Part shown: positions 49,219 through 58,532 of the stretch, in pieces
How the letters are laid out: every line of letters begins with the position of its first letter
How positions within the stretch are numbered: position 1 is the stretch's first letter
Assembly (NCBI GenBank): GCA_963762565.1
Contig: CAVXLD010000012.1
Span: 513,697 to 577,696 of the forward strand
Length of the DNA: 64,000 bases
Source: an uncultured Verrucomicrobiae bacterium
Lineage (GTDB): Bacteria; Verrucomicrobiota; Verrucomicrobiia; Chthoniobacterales; JAFAMB01
Reading direction: 5' to 3'
Notes under the pieces: generated by a model
Seen by the model: the letters and a program-made list of their open reading frames with translations, nothing else
Databases searched by the model: none
What the model was told of the DNA's origin: nothing
Position numbers and translations under genes: made by a program

Positions 49219-49982
49219 TTATTTGATCGTCAGCTCTTTCTTGACCACCCGATGCTGGTTTTGCAGCTGCATTTTAATGGGCGTTCCACCAACACTGGGC
49301 GCCACGGCCCGGGTAATTTGTTCAAACAGCGAAACCTTGTTTTGGTCGTCCCAAATTCCGTCCTGTACGACAAATGACACGATGGCGCCCTGCTTATCCT
49401 TTGACAGGAAGACATCGGCGCCGCGGTCTTGAAATAAGCCGACAGATTTGAGGGCCTCCCCAAGCGCCTTGGCTTCCTTCTCCGTGACATCCTGGGAATA
49501 TAAACGTCATCTTTTGCACCCACAGCGAGCGTCGTGAACCGGCCGGCCGTCGGCAACCCGCCGAAGGATATAAAAGCTACCAGCGTGTAAACCACCCACA
49601 GTGCTGCCCCGACCCCAATCCCGCTCCAAATCGACGCGCGTTGTGTGCCAGCGCTAACCTGCTCTTGGAGAAAAGGGCGGTGGATTTTCACCGCGAAATA
49701 GATGGCCGCAATGAGCGCCACAACGGCCAGGAGGCCGGCGAGTATTGAAGGGAGGAGAAACGGCGCAACCAGGTCCATGGCGGCAATGGCGATTCCGGCG
49801 CTAAGGGTGAGGATCGCCGTCTTTTTTTCGCCAGATCGATAATAGTTTAGCGCCATTAGGATGCACCCCGCGGTCGGCGTTCCGATGATGCTTGCGATGA
49901 TGATCGGGCGGAGATTCCACAACTTGACTGCGGCCATGGACGGCGGGGTTTCGATTGATAGGGGTGGGGGATTTTTGCTCAT
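49219..49982 (-). pseudogene. Membrane protein, frameshift at about 49501
   Basis: N-terminal TM part, then YSQDVTEKEAKALGEALKSVGLF...SFVVQDGIWDD...ELTIK* in the adjacent frame. Confidence 0.65.
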
Positions 49983-50181
49983 TTGGCTTTCTTGAGGCTC
50001 GAGAAATAGACGCGCGACCAAAAGCCACTTGCACCCAATCAAATGCGCAGCGGTTGCCGATGGCCGTCTCTACGACTCGCGTCTAAGAATCGCTCCATCG
50101 CCCTGAACTGGTAGCTGCTCGATCCTAGGCCTTAGGTTACTCCGAGCGGCTTCGCCTGGAGCGCCTCGCTGTCAGCGAGGC

Positions 50182-50414
50182 TTAAACAGGCCCTTGATTC
50201 GAGAAGTCATCTAGAACAGGATCGACACTTTCTGTGGGTGCTGGGTCAAGAGCCCCCAGCGCTTGCTCGAGGAACCCTTCCTGCACCAGATATTTCTTGG
50301 CGTATTGCTTCAAAACGGGATCGATGTTCTCTTCTTCCCAGAACAGGCGCCCGTTCTGGCAATTAATATGAACCATGCCGGCTTTTGGGTGATCACCGAA
50401 AGATGCTTCTGCAT
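50182..50414 (-). pseudogene. Frameshifted inverted copy of the 33000-33221 gene
   Basis: ACCCAAAAGCC versus ACCCATAAAGCC (1-nt deletion); the rest is conserved. Confidence 0.7.
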
Positions 50415-50747
50415 GGAATTTCGCTAGAGAGCTAGATTCATTCCATGAGAGCGGTCCGGAGCACCGGCGCTCTTCTCCCAGCGCTCTATGATTCGCATCC
50501 ACCGGATTAGGCTCTAGGGATCACGCAGCCGCTTCTGGCTCACAAGCGCTTTGGCATTGTAGAGACTGATCTTCTGGACCTCATCAAGGAGCGCTTTGAA
50601 TCGCGCCTGCTCTGTTTTTGTGAGCTCGCCTTGATTATTCTTATCCATGAGCCGGTCGAGCTCCGGCTGCGATTCCGGATCCAGACGCTTCAATTCGAAC
50701 TTGGGCTCTGGAACTGAATCAAGTCTTGGAGACGAACGTCCAGCGCT

Positions 50748-51776
50748 TCACAGAATCGCTCGGACAGCTTTGATTCGTCGTTGCAAATCGCGGTCGATTT
50801 TAAGTCGTTCTTCGAAACGAGTGATAGCCATGCTGACAGCCGAGTAGGCGACGCCGCCGGCGACTGAGCCCAGCTCGGCCAGCCGCATGCCGGCGAAGTT
50901 ACGGGCCAGATACCAGGCGGCAGGCAATGCGTCATTGCCGCGTCCGGCGGCAAGGGTTTCCCAATCCTCTTTCCAGACAGTACTCACCGCCGCGCAGATG
51001 TCCTTCCAGTCCGGACCCAGGCGTTCCGATTGCCGTAACCCGAGCTGTTCATGCCGGTCGCCTTTGAGTCGTTTGACCATTTGCCGGACGAAGGAGTCCG
51101 ATCCGAGCAACAGGGTTGCCGAGACTTTATCCTTCCAATCGATTTCCCAATCGCCGAGCCCGGCCATGTGCTCGAGCTGTCGCCGATATGCAGCGCGTAG
51201 ACTCCGGACACTTTGTTGACCAAAGAACGCGTAGATTGAATCCATAGTCAGCCAGCCCGGATTTTTTTCCTTTCCCACATAAACGTTGTATGAACTCCAA
51301 CGATAATTCAGTGCGGCTACTCGAGCATTAATCATCTCCCGATCCGGTTGGGATTGCTCGGTCGCAACCCGTCCTTCATGTCCTCCTAGAGCGGCGACCC
51401 GCACTGGATTGAGGTGGATGTAGCGGTTGATCGTCAAAGCAGAGCCATCCTGATCATGTAAGAGGGCCTTAAATCGCCCTTGAAACAGCGGACCAACCCT
51501 CCGATGAAGTCGATTGAACCAAGTACTATAGGAGACATTCAGCCATTGAATGGCCTGACTAAGATTAGCCTTAGGGGTCTCGATTTGCAGATGGTAATGG
51601 TTACCCATCAGCACATAGGCATGAATTCGCAGGCCGAACCGAGTCGGGAGAACCCTTAGCAGGTCGAGAAAGTGCAAGTTAGTGCGCTCGTCAGGAAAGA
51701 TTTGTCGCTTTTCCAGGCCGCGGTTGATCACGTGATACCAGCCGCCTTCAATGTCGAGCCTCAGAGGTCTGGCCAT
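50748..51776 (-). CDS. Intact REP-associated tyrosine transposase (HUH/Y1) with C-terminal HTH (DnaA-C-like)
   Basis: WYHVINRG, NHYHL (HUH), GPLFQGRF, RYIHLNP (catalytic Tyr), WSSY; AGACGTGACCCC at 51824-51835 upstream. Confidence 0.92.
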   Translation of the reverse strand: MARPLRLDIEGGWYHVINRGLEKRQIFPDERTNLHFLDLLRVLPTRFGLRIHAYVLMGNHYHLQIETPKANLSQAIQWLNVSYSTWFNRLHRRVGPLFQGRFKALLHDQDGSALTINRYIHLNPVRVAALGGHEGRVATEQSQPDREMINARVAALNYRWSSYNVYVGKEKNPGWLTMDSIYAFFGQQSVRSLRAAYRRQLEHMAGLGDWEIDWKDKVSATLLLGSDSFVRQMVKRLKGDRHEQLGLRQSERLGPDWKDICAAVSTVWKEDWETLAAGRGNDALPAAWYLARNFAGMRLAELGSVAGGVAYSAVSMAITRFEERLKIDRDLQRRIKAVRAIL

Positions 51777-51926
51777 GACCAAGAGAATAATCTCGAGGCT
51801 GATGAGCGCAATGTGAAATATTTAGACGTGACCCCTTCGACTACCCCTTCGGTTTTCTACGAATTCTGGCTGTATAGAATAAAATATGATTTGCTTCTGC
51901 TATATAATAGGATACGATATAACAGA

Positions 51927-52574
51927 ATGAACGGTGAAGAGAGTGAAGGCATTAAGACTGGAATTGCTGCGCTTGGCGACGCAGAGGCTCGGCTCCGCAA
52001 TGTTGCGGCGAAGGCCGCGTCTGAAGGGGACTACGATACAGTGGTCTTAATTACCCACTGGGCGAAAACATTGGGCGCCCTTATGGGCGAGGTGACTAGT
52101 CCTTCAGAGGGGCGGTCGGAGACGCAGTCAGCGACAAATGGCGTTACGAGACGCGAGGGAAGCCCACGAGACGGAAGAAATGGCGAACGGCGCTTGAGAA
52201 CTAAAGGAGTACCGTTAAGTCCCCCCAGTTTTAGCCGCGACGCCGATTATCTGGTCAAGCACGCGCTATCGCGCAAGAGCCACTCCGAATACGAACATCG
52301 AGCGCCAGCGGACGTCGTCTTCGCGGTTGCCGATTGTATAGGCGAATGGCGATCAACGAGGAAGCTATTGAGCAGCGATCAGCTAATGCAAAGTTATTCC
52401 AAGCGAAAGGGGAAAGTCGTGTCGTACCAGATCTACGTCGCCCTAGCTTGGCTAGCGCACGTTGGACTTGTACGCCGGCATGGAAGAAGCGGTTATTCGG
52501 TTCCCTCACCCACCACAATATCGCACGATGTCCAGGCCGCCTGGGCTAAGCTTGGAACTAGTCCCTCCGATTAA
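51927..52574 (+). CDS. Hypothetical protein with a possible C-terminal winged helix
   Basis: ATG 51927 after an AT-rich TTGCTT-N16-TACGAT stretch; YQIYVALAWLAHVGLVRRHGRSGY. Confidence 0.6.
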   Translation: MNGEESEGIKTGIAALGDAEARLRNVAAKAASEGDYDTVVLITHWAKTLGALMGEVTSPSEGRSETQSATNGVTRREGSPRDGRNGERRLRTKGVPLSPPSFSRDADYLVKHALSRKSHSEYEHRAPADVVFAVADCIGEWRSTRKLLSSDQLMQSYSKRKGKVVSYQIYVALAWLAHVGLVRRHGRSGYSVPSPTTISHDVQAAWAKLGTSPSD

Positions 52575-52611
52575 GGGCTCCCCCGGTGTGCGCAAAAGCA
52601 ATTTCCTGCAT

Positions 52612-54813
52612 ATGATCGAAAATCCTGCTTGGCGATTTCGAAAGATAAGGGATGACCAGAAGCATGTGGAGCCTACGCACCGCGAACATTTGGCCACTGG
52701 TGGTGCGGTCGAGCCTTTGGTACGGGAATCAATACAGAATTCGCTCGACGCTACTATCTCGGGCAAATCCACTAAGGTGATATTCACCTTAGGTTTGGCT
52801 TCGGCGGAGACAGCTGGGACGTATTTCGATGAACTGAGACCTCACTTGGATGCGATAGTGCAATCGTTGCCAGAAGGGCTGCCAGGGGTGAGTGAAGACT
52901 TCAGATTCCTCGCAATTGAGGATTACAACACGCGTGGTCTCGAGGGCGATCCTGCGCTTCGAAAGCCGACGAACGTCGACGGGACGAAGAATCATTTTTT
53001 TCGTTTCTGGCATTCAGTCGGACAGTCGACGGGTGAGTTTAAGCGACGCGGTAGCTGGGGCGTCGGAAAGGTAGTGTTCGCCAATGCGTCACGAATCCGA
53101 ACCTTTTTCGGTTTAACGCTCCGCTCCGGAGATCGTTCGGCTCTGCTTATGGGAGAGGCCGGGCTGACTATCCATACCCTGGCCGGTAGCGACGAGATGT
53201 ACGATTGGTACGGGTATTATGCGACTCCTCGATCCGAAGCCGAGCAAGACGTCCCCTTGCCGGTACGGGACGCAGTAACGGTACAGAAGTTCGCGGAGGT
53301 GTTTTCGCTGAGCCGTACAGTCTCTGGCCTTTCGATCCTGGTGCCTTATCTACGCGAGGGAGTGGATTTAGATTCTCTGGCGCGCGCTGCGATCGAGCAG
53401 TACTTCTTGCCAATTCTTTCAGGACGTCTCGAAGTTGTCGTTCGCGATGGTGCGCGGGAAATAGTCATTTCCCGGTCGAGTATTCGAGACGCTGTGGCAG
53501 AGATCTCTTGGCCGCAACGGCGCACCAAGGAAGAGCTTTTCGCCTTATTGGACCTTGCTCAGTGGCAAATCAGTCTTGAATCAGGGAACTATGCGTTGCT
53601 CGAGACTGCGGGTACCGAAAGACAGTATTCGCTGGATCCTATATTGTTTCCGCCTGAAAGCCTTCAGCGCATGACGGATGATTTCGCATCCGGAAGGCGG
53701 GTGGCGATACGCATTCCTATTCGGGTTCGACCGAAGCAAGGTGAGGCCGCTACGGAAGAGGTACGCGTCGTCTTAGAGAGGGATGAAAGATTACGTGTGA
53801 GAAGCGATGTCCCCCATTTGCGGTCTGGCATTAACATTTCCAAGATGCGCGAAACGGGTCCAGCTGGCGTCCGGGGTTTGCTCGTCGTGGGCTTTGATTC
53901 CGAAGCGCGACAAGGGGAGCTAGACAAGCTTCTTCAGGCATCTGAAGGTCCGGCTCATGTAAATTGGGAGCAGAGGGGAGATGGATACGACAAAGCCCGA
54001 CTACTTTATGAAGACGCTCACAAGGTTATTGGATTTGTACGTCATCTTGTGCGGAACTTGGTGGAACTCTTAATCACACCGGCAGACGTGAGGGATACCC
54101 GAACGCTCGCAGCATTCTTCCCGGATCCTGAGCATGACGGAAATTCAAACCATCGGAAGAAGCAGCCGGATCCTAAACAGTCTCCACCCGCAGGCGTGAT
54201 CGAAGGAATTGTGCGGGCCATATTCCCTGGCCTTGGCGGTTTACGTCCAGTGGAAGCTGCAGAACTAGTTCTATCCCAACCGGGCACAATGAAGACCACG
54301 AAAACAGGTGCGGACGGACGCTACCGGTTCGAGGGACTGGGACCCACCGAGTATGAGATCGACGCGCAACGAAGCGGCTTTGGTCGTGCTACTACGACGG
54401 TGACGCTGCCGCCGGAGCATGGCATGCGGGTGGACCTTTTCCTGAGAAGAGAGGCTCCGCAAAAAATGTTCTTCAAAGTTCCCCTTCAGGACGGATTTGG
54501 TATTCGGGGAAACGAGGAGTTTCTCGGGAACCTGCGCCCCGTGAGAGTCAAAATGGCGTATGCCGGATGGGGTGGTTCGAAATCCTTCACGGAAGCGGAT
54601 TTCTCCCTCAACGACAAGACGCTGGAAATTTCCTTCAGCGGCGTTCAAGAGACGGAGCGTCAACACTTAGTGGATGGACCAAATCTGTTGAGGTTTACGC
54701 CTGTGACAAACCAGTTTTATGTGGAGGTAAAGGGTTTCGATCAGAACCGAGCTCTGTACGTAGAAGCTCGGGCCTTGGATGACGACCGCGGCGGGGAGGA
54801 TGAGGGCTTATGA
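52612..54813 (+). CDS. GHKL (MutL/MORC-like) ATPase with a C-terminal carboxypeptidase-regulatory-like Ig domain
   Basis: VRESIQNSLDA (motif I), IEDYNTRGL (II), GSWGVGK (III); KTGADGRYRFEGLGPTEYEI. Confidence 0.8.
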   Translation: MIENPAWRFRKIRDDQKHVEPTHREHLATGGAVEPLVRESIQNSLDATISGKSTKVIFTLGLASAETAGTYFDELRPHLDAIVQSLPEGLPGVSEDFRFLAIEDYNTRGLEGDPALRKPTNVDGTKNHFFRFWHSVGQSTGEFKRRGSWGVGKVVFANASRIRTFFGLTLRSGDRSALLMGEAGLTIHTLAGSDEMYDWYGYYATPRSEAEQDVPLPVRDAVTVQKFAEVFSLSRTVSGLSILVPYLREGVDLDSLARAAIEQYFLPILSGRLEVVVRDGAREIVISRSSIRDAVAEISWPQRRTKEELFALLDLAQWQISLESGNYALLETAGTERQYSLDPILFPPESLQRMTDDFASGRRVAIRIPIRVRPKQGEAATEEVRVVLERDERLRVRSDVPHLRSGINISKMRETGPAGVRGLLVVGFDSEARQGELDKLLQASEGPAHVNWEQRGDGYDKARLLYEDAHKVIGFVRHLVRNLVELLITPADVRDTRTLAAFFPDPEHDGNSNHRKKQPDPKQSPPAGVIEGIVRAIFPGLGGLRPVEAAELVLSQPGTMKTTKTGADGRYRFEGLGPTEYEIDAQRSGFGRATTTVTLPPEHGMRVDLFLRREAPQKMFFKVPLQDGFGIRGNEEFLGNLRPVRVKMAYAGWGGSKSFTEADFSLNDKTLEISFSGVQETERQHLVDGPNLLRFTPVTNQFYVEVKGFDQNRALYVEARALDDDRGGEDEGL

Positions 54814-55616
54814 GTAAGCCACTTTTCTTCACCGGGCGAAAGGAGATTTCGCGCTCAGATGTGACGATTCGCTTGTTTGAGCGACCAGGCCAAGTAACAA
54901 GATTCCAGGCAAACATTGACCTCTCCAAGTATGTCCTGCCAGCAGAAGCTATCGTCGTAGTAGAGGCCTACCACACCACTTATTTCGAGCGCTTCCCGCC
55001 TGACACGGTAGCGAACTACAGAGCTAGAACGCAAGAGATGGCTCGTCTAGAACCCGGAGATCAGCCGAACTTCAGAGTCAAAGTAATAGCCCCAGACGGC
55101 GGGGTGAAAGGCCGTTTGCTAGCCGCGGTCGATGAAGTGCGTCCAACCACTGGAGACGACGATGAAAATGTGGGGTCGCTCTTGCCAATTGTTCCCAAGA
55201 CTCGAAGCATAATGGGAGACGAATTCTGGAGGGTGAATTTCAGTAGCGGAGAAGAAAAGGTGCCCGAGTTGTGGATAAACCGTGACGTGCCGGGACTCCT
55301 GTCCGGCCTCAGACGTCAGGAACCTCAGGTGACAGCGCTGATAATGCCGGAGATCCTCCGTCAGGTATTGCGCGGGTTAGTAGAGGACGAAACAGATTGG
55401 ACGGATGAAGGACGGCTGGGCCAATGGTTGAGCTTAGCACAGAGACTCTACGATCAATTTGAAGGCTGGGATGAGGGAGATCCAGACGGTTCCCGGCAGA
55501 AACGTCGCGAGTGGGTAGACGAAGTTGTAAAACGGTTCTCGGGCGCGCATCACTTTTTTGACCGCTACTGCGAACAGTATGTTCGACTGGTTGCCGAGGA
55601 GGTGAACAATGACTGA
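54810..55616 (+). CDS. Hypothetical protein, coupled to the GHKL ATPase
   Basis: ATGA overlap with the upstream stop; 268 aa. Confidence 0.8.
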   Translation: MSKPLFFTGRKEISRSDVTIRLFERPGQVTRFQANIDLSKYVLPAEAIVVVEAYHTTYFERFPPDTVANYRARTQEMARLEPGDQPNFRVKVIAPDGGVKGRLLAAVDEVRPTTGDDDENVGSLLPIVPKTRSIMGDEFWRVNFSSGEEKVPELWINRDVPGLLSGLRRQEPQVTALIMPEILRQVLRGLVEDETDWTDEGRLGQWLSLAQRLYDQFEGWDEGDPDGSRQKRREWVDEVVKRFSGAHHFFDRYCEQYVRLVAEEVNND

Positions 55617-56334
55617 GATAAGCGTTTTAAATGAACTCGGAATCGAGGAGTTTCGGTCGTTTCTCGTTCAGGTGAAGTCGGATCCAACTGCATCGCCCCC
55701 CCTAAGTATCCTTGAAGATTTGCGGTACAGTGAACTTCTATCGAGCGGCGCCGCCGTTGAGATGCGAGGGTTCTCCTCAAAATTTGAGTTCGGTCGATAT
55801 ATCGCCGACGTGGTCAGTAATAGGGTTCCTGATCGAACTCTACGAACCTCAGTCGGACTCTGGGCGTGGCTTACGCTTTTTTACGTCGATCAGGTCTGCC
55901 CTCCCGACAACAGTGGGAAAAGAAGAGTACTTCGTCTTGAGAAGTATGTGCCGTCCACTGGCCACATCGCGACGGGATTGGACAAACATCTTCTATTCTT
56001 TCCTTGGAAGATGGTTAACCTTCACGGTGACAACGCCGCGTGGCTACTAGGTGGTCCTCTTCGTGAAGATACCAAGGTTATGCGAGAGCTGGCGAATAGC
56101 TACCGCCGAAACGTAAGCACGCCATTCGTTCAGCTTGCAAAATCTCTCTACTTTGACGAGCAGCGAAATCGGCTTAGGACCGGTGCGACCACCAACCGGC
56201 CGGGTAGTTTGCGTCGATTGGACCGAGTTGTAAATCAGCTCGACCTAACCTACGATGTTTTTGGTATTGATGCAGCAAGTCTTGCCGATTTGTTGCCAAG
56301 ACGAGAGTTTGAGCGCTGGTTATCGCGAAGTTAG
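55609..56334 (+). CDS. Hypothetical protein, third gene of the GHKL module
   Basis: 8-nt overlap with the upstream gene; GLWAWLTLFYVDQVCP, KHLL and GSLRRL..VVNQLDLTYD. Confidence 0.8.
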   Translation: MTEISVLNELGIEEFRSFLVQVKSDPTASPPLSILEDLRYSELLSSGAAVEMRGFSSKFEFGRYIADVVSNRVPDRTLRTSVGLWAWLTLFYVDQVCPPDNSGKRRVLRLEKYVPSTGHIATGLDKHLLFFPWKMVNLHGDNAAWLLGGPLREDTKVMRELANSYRRNVSTPFVQLAKSLYFDEQRNRLRTGATTNRPGSLRRLDRVVNQLDLTYDVFGIDAASLADLLPRREFERWLSRS

Positions 56335-56341
56335 CAGGCGC

Positions 56342-57505
56342 TTATGCGGCTCGCGATACGCGGATCTTTTCATCTCGGTTGGCCGCCCAAACGGGTTCGA
56401 GAATGTGAGCTGCAAGGTGGTGGACCACCGGAACGACAACTCCGTCACCACAGAGGTGGTACGCTTGGTTGTATTGCTCGGGCACCACATAGTTTTCCGG
56501 CAGCCCCATCAATCTAGCCGCTTCTCTTGGGGTGAGTAGCCGACTTCTTACTTGTCCATTTTCTACAAAAATGATCGTCTGACGAGAGGAGCCTCCGACC
56601 GGGGTGCGTAGGCACCCGGCAACGTCGTCGAATCGAATCTCTGCTCGCTGTTGACCGTTCCGCCTGCGCCTATAAACAGCGCCCAGTAGGAGAACTCCGG
56701 CTAGCTTGCTTGAGTCCAGCGCGGAATCTAGCTTCTTTCGATGCAATGGAGCCATGAGTGAAATAAGGTAACTCGTTTCTTCAGGCGAGTTCCACATCGC
56801 CCCTCGCGGACTTTCCTCGATGATCTCGGCCAGTGTTAGACTTCGCGACCGGGGTTGCGGCAAATTCCACCAAATCCAGCGATCGTGCGCAGTTTTTGAG
56901 ATCGCTGTATGAGCGGTCCTCAAAGACTTTGAATGCCAAAGTTCAGAAGGCTCTCCCAGAAGTCGCTCGGGGATGGTTAGATCACCTCTTACTCCAATAA
57001 AAAAGAGTCGACGTCGAGACTGCGGAACCCAAAGCCGCGCATCAATAGTCATAGCGCCGAAAACGTAGTTAGAATCAGTGAAAGCAGAGGCAATGGCCGC
57101 AAAGTCTTGTCCCGAGCGCGACGTCAGAATCCCACAAACATTCTCGAGAACTATCATGTGAGCTCCGCGGCGGCGCTTGACTAGTGCGCGCATCAGCTTC
57201 CAAAAGGACCAGAAAGTGCCGGATCGCTTTCCCGCCAGTCCCTCAAACTGACCGGCGAGGGAAAGGTCTTGGCAAGGAAACGAAGCCCACGCAAGATCCG
57301 CTTGATCGGGGATCTCACTCACCTTTAGGTTCGCAACGTCGTCGACAACTAGGGCCTCGCTACCCCAATTTGCTCGGTAGCTCTCGGCCTTTTTTTCGTC
57401 GAAATCGTTAGCAAAGAGACAGCTCCACGACGAACCCAGACCGGCGCGAACCATCCCCCCACCTGCGAAGAACTCAAAGAACCCGGGTGCCTCTTGTTCG
57501 TTCAT
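56342..57505 (-). CDS. dcm: DNA (cytosine-5)-methyltransferase
   Basis: FFAGGG, FPCQDLS, LENV, PQSRRR, TPREAARLMG and GDGV. Confidence 0.93.
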   Translation of the reverse strand: MNEQEAPGFFEFFAGGGMVRAGLGSSWSCLFANDFDEKKAESYRANWGSEALVVDDVANLKVSEIPDQADLAWASFPCQDLSLAGQFEGLAGKRSGTFWSFWKLMRALVKRRRGAHMIVLENVCGILTSRSGQDFAAIASAFTDSNYVFGAMTIDARLWVPQSRRRLFFIGVRGDLTIPERLLGEPSELWHSKSLRTAHTAISKTAHDRWIWWNLPQPRSRSLTLAEIIEESPRGAMWNSPEETSYLISLMAPLHRKKLDSALDSSKLAGVLLLGAVYRRRRNGQQRAEIRFDDVAGCLRTPVGGSSRQTIIFVENGQVRSRLLTPREAARLMGLPENYVVPEQYNQAYHLCGDGVVVPVVHHLAAHILEPVWAANRDEKIRVSRAA

Positions 57506-57619
57506 GCGCTCATTACTGCAAACTTTGCGTCATCAATCTATATTGGAATGTTTCGTTTGAGACAAGCCCAAGATATTGTGGCCGCACTGCGGCGTACTCC
57601 CAGATTTTGAAGTCACCTT

Positions 57620-58048
57620 ATGGATAACCTAACGCCGACACAAAGGCGCACGTGCATGGCTGCGGTTAAGGGAAGAGACACGACGCCGGAGTTCCTCGTC
57701 CGGAGGGTGTTACACGGCATGGGGTACAGGTTTCGGGTCCATCGCGTGGAACTCCCGGGTAAACCAGACATTGTTCTGCCCCGATTTCGAACCGTATTGT
57801 TTATTCACGGGTGCTTTTGGCATGGGCACAATTGCCGCCGAGGCAAAAGGAAACCGGCCATTAGAGTAGCATATTGGGAAGCCAAGGTTCGTAAAAACCG
57901 AGAGCGCGACGAACACCACCTAAGAAACCTGCAGGACCAGGGTTGGAACGTCGTGGTTGTTTGGGAGTGCGAACTTCATGCTAATCGACAGCATCTCGAG
58001 GATTATATCAGGCGCGAAGTCGTCGCTAGATTTGCTAATCACGGATAG
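57620..58048 (+). CDS. vsr: Very short patch repair endonuclease
   Basis: DTTPE, LPGKPDIV, FIHGCFWHGH and VWEC; divergent from the C5 MTase. Confidence 0.95.
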   Translation: MDNLTPTQRRTCMAAVKGRDTTPEFLVRRVLHGMGYRFRVHRVELPGKPDIVLPRFRTVLFIHGCFWHGHNCRRGKRKPAIRVAYWEAKVRKNRERDEHHLRNLQDQGWNVVVVWECELHANRQHLEDYIRREVVARFANHG

Positions 58049-58532
58049 AAAAAAGGGGAGTTTTAATTTAATGCTAACTCGTCTTGCCGGGAGTGCTGGT
58101 AGAAAAGGGGCACACAGCTCTCGGGCATAAGCGCCAGTCTAGTAATCCACAGTACGCCTCTCCTCCGGATTAAAACGGCTGCCACCGCTGCCGAGGTTTG
58201 TAAACATATACACCAGATCTTGTAATGTTTGAGACTTGCCCCGGGGGAAGGGCTATCCCAGTCCAAATCAAATGCATAGCGCCAGATTTGGGCTTGCGAT
58301 GACTCTGCGGGCTACGGAGTAGGGGTCGAGTCTATACAAAACACACAACGACCACGTTGTGGCGACAGAGGTGCTTTCTTTATCTACCTAGATCATGGAA
58401 ACGCGGAGACCTCGTGTACAAGTCGAACGCTCCGAACCAATTCATTGCCAATATCTTGTGCGCAAGCCGCTCAGCGTCTATGAAGACATCGCGAGGCCCC
58501 GACCGCCCAAATCGCGCTCTTTTTGCCTTTAA

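Noticed and set aside
51672..51926. N-terminal extension of the 300-aa ORF
   Set aside because: It overlaps the RAYT start and the end motif; ATG 51927 after a promoter-like stretch is more plausible.
28000..52000. Classical integron
   Set aside because: No tyrosine-recombinase integrase in the window and no convincing RYYYAAC...GTTRRRY attC pairs by eye. The boundaries match RAYT motifs instead; IntegronFinder should confirm.
58063..58500. Possible restriction endonuclease remnant next to vsr
   Set aside because: Only a 67-aa ORF with no nuclease motif.
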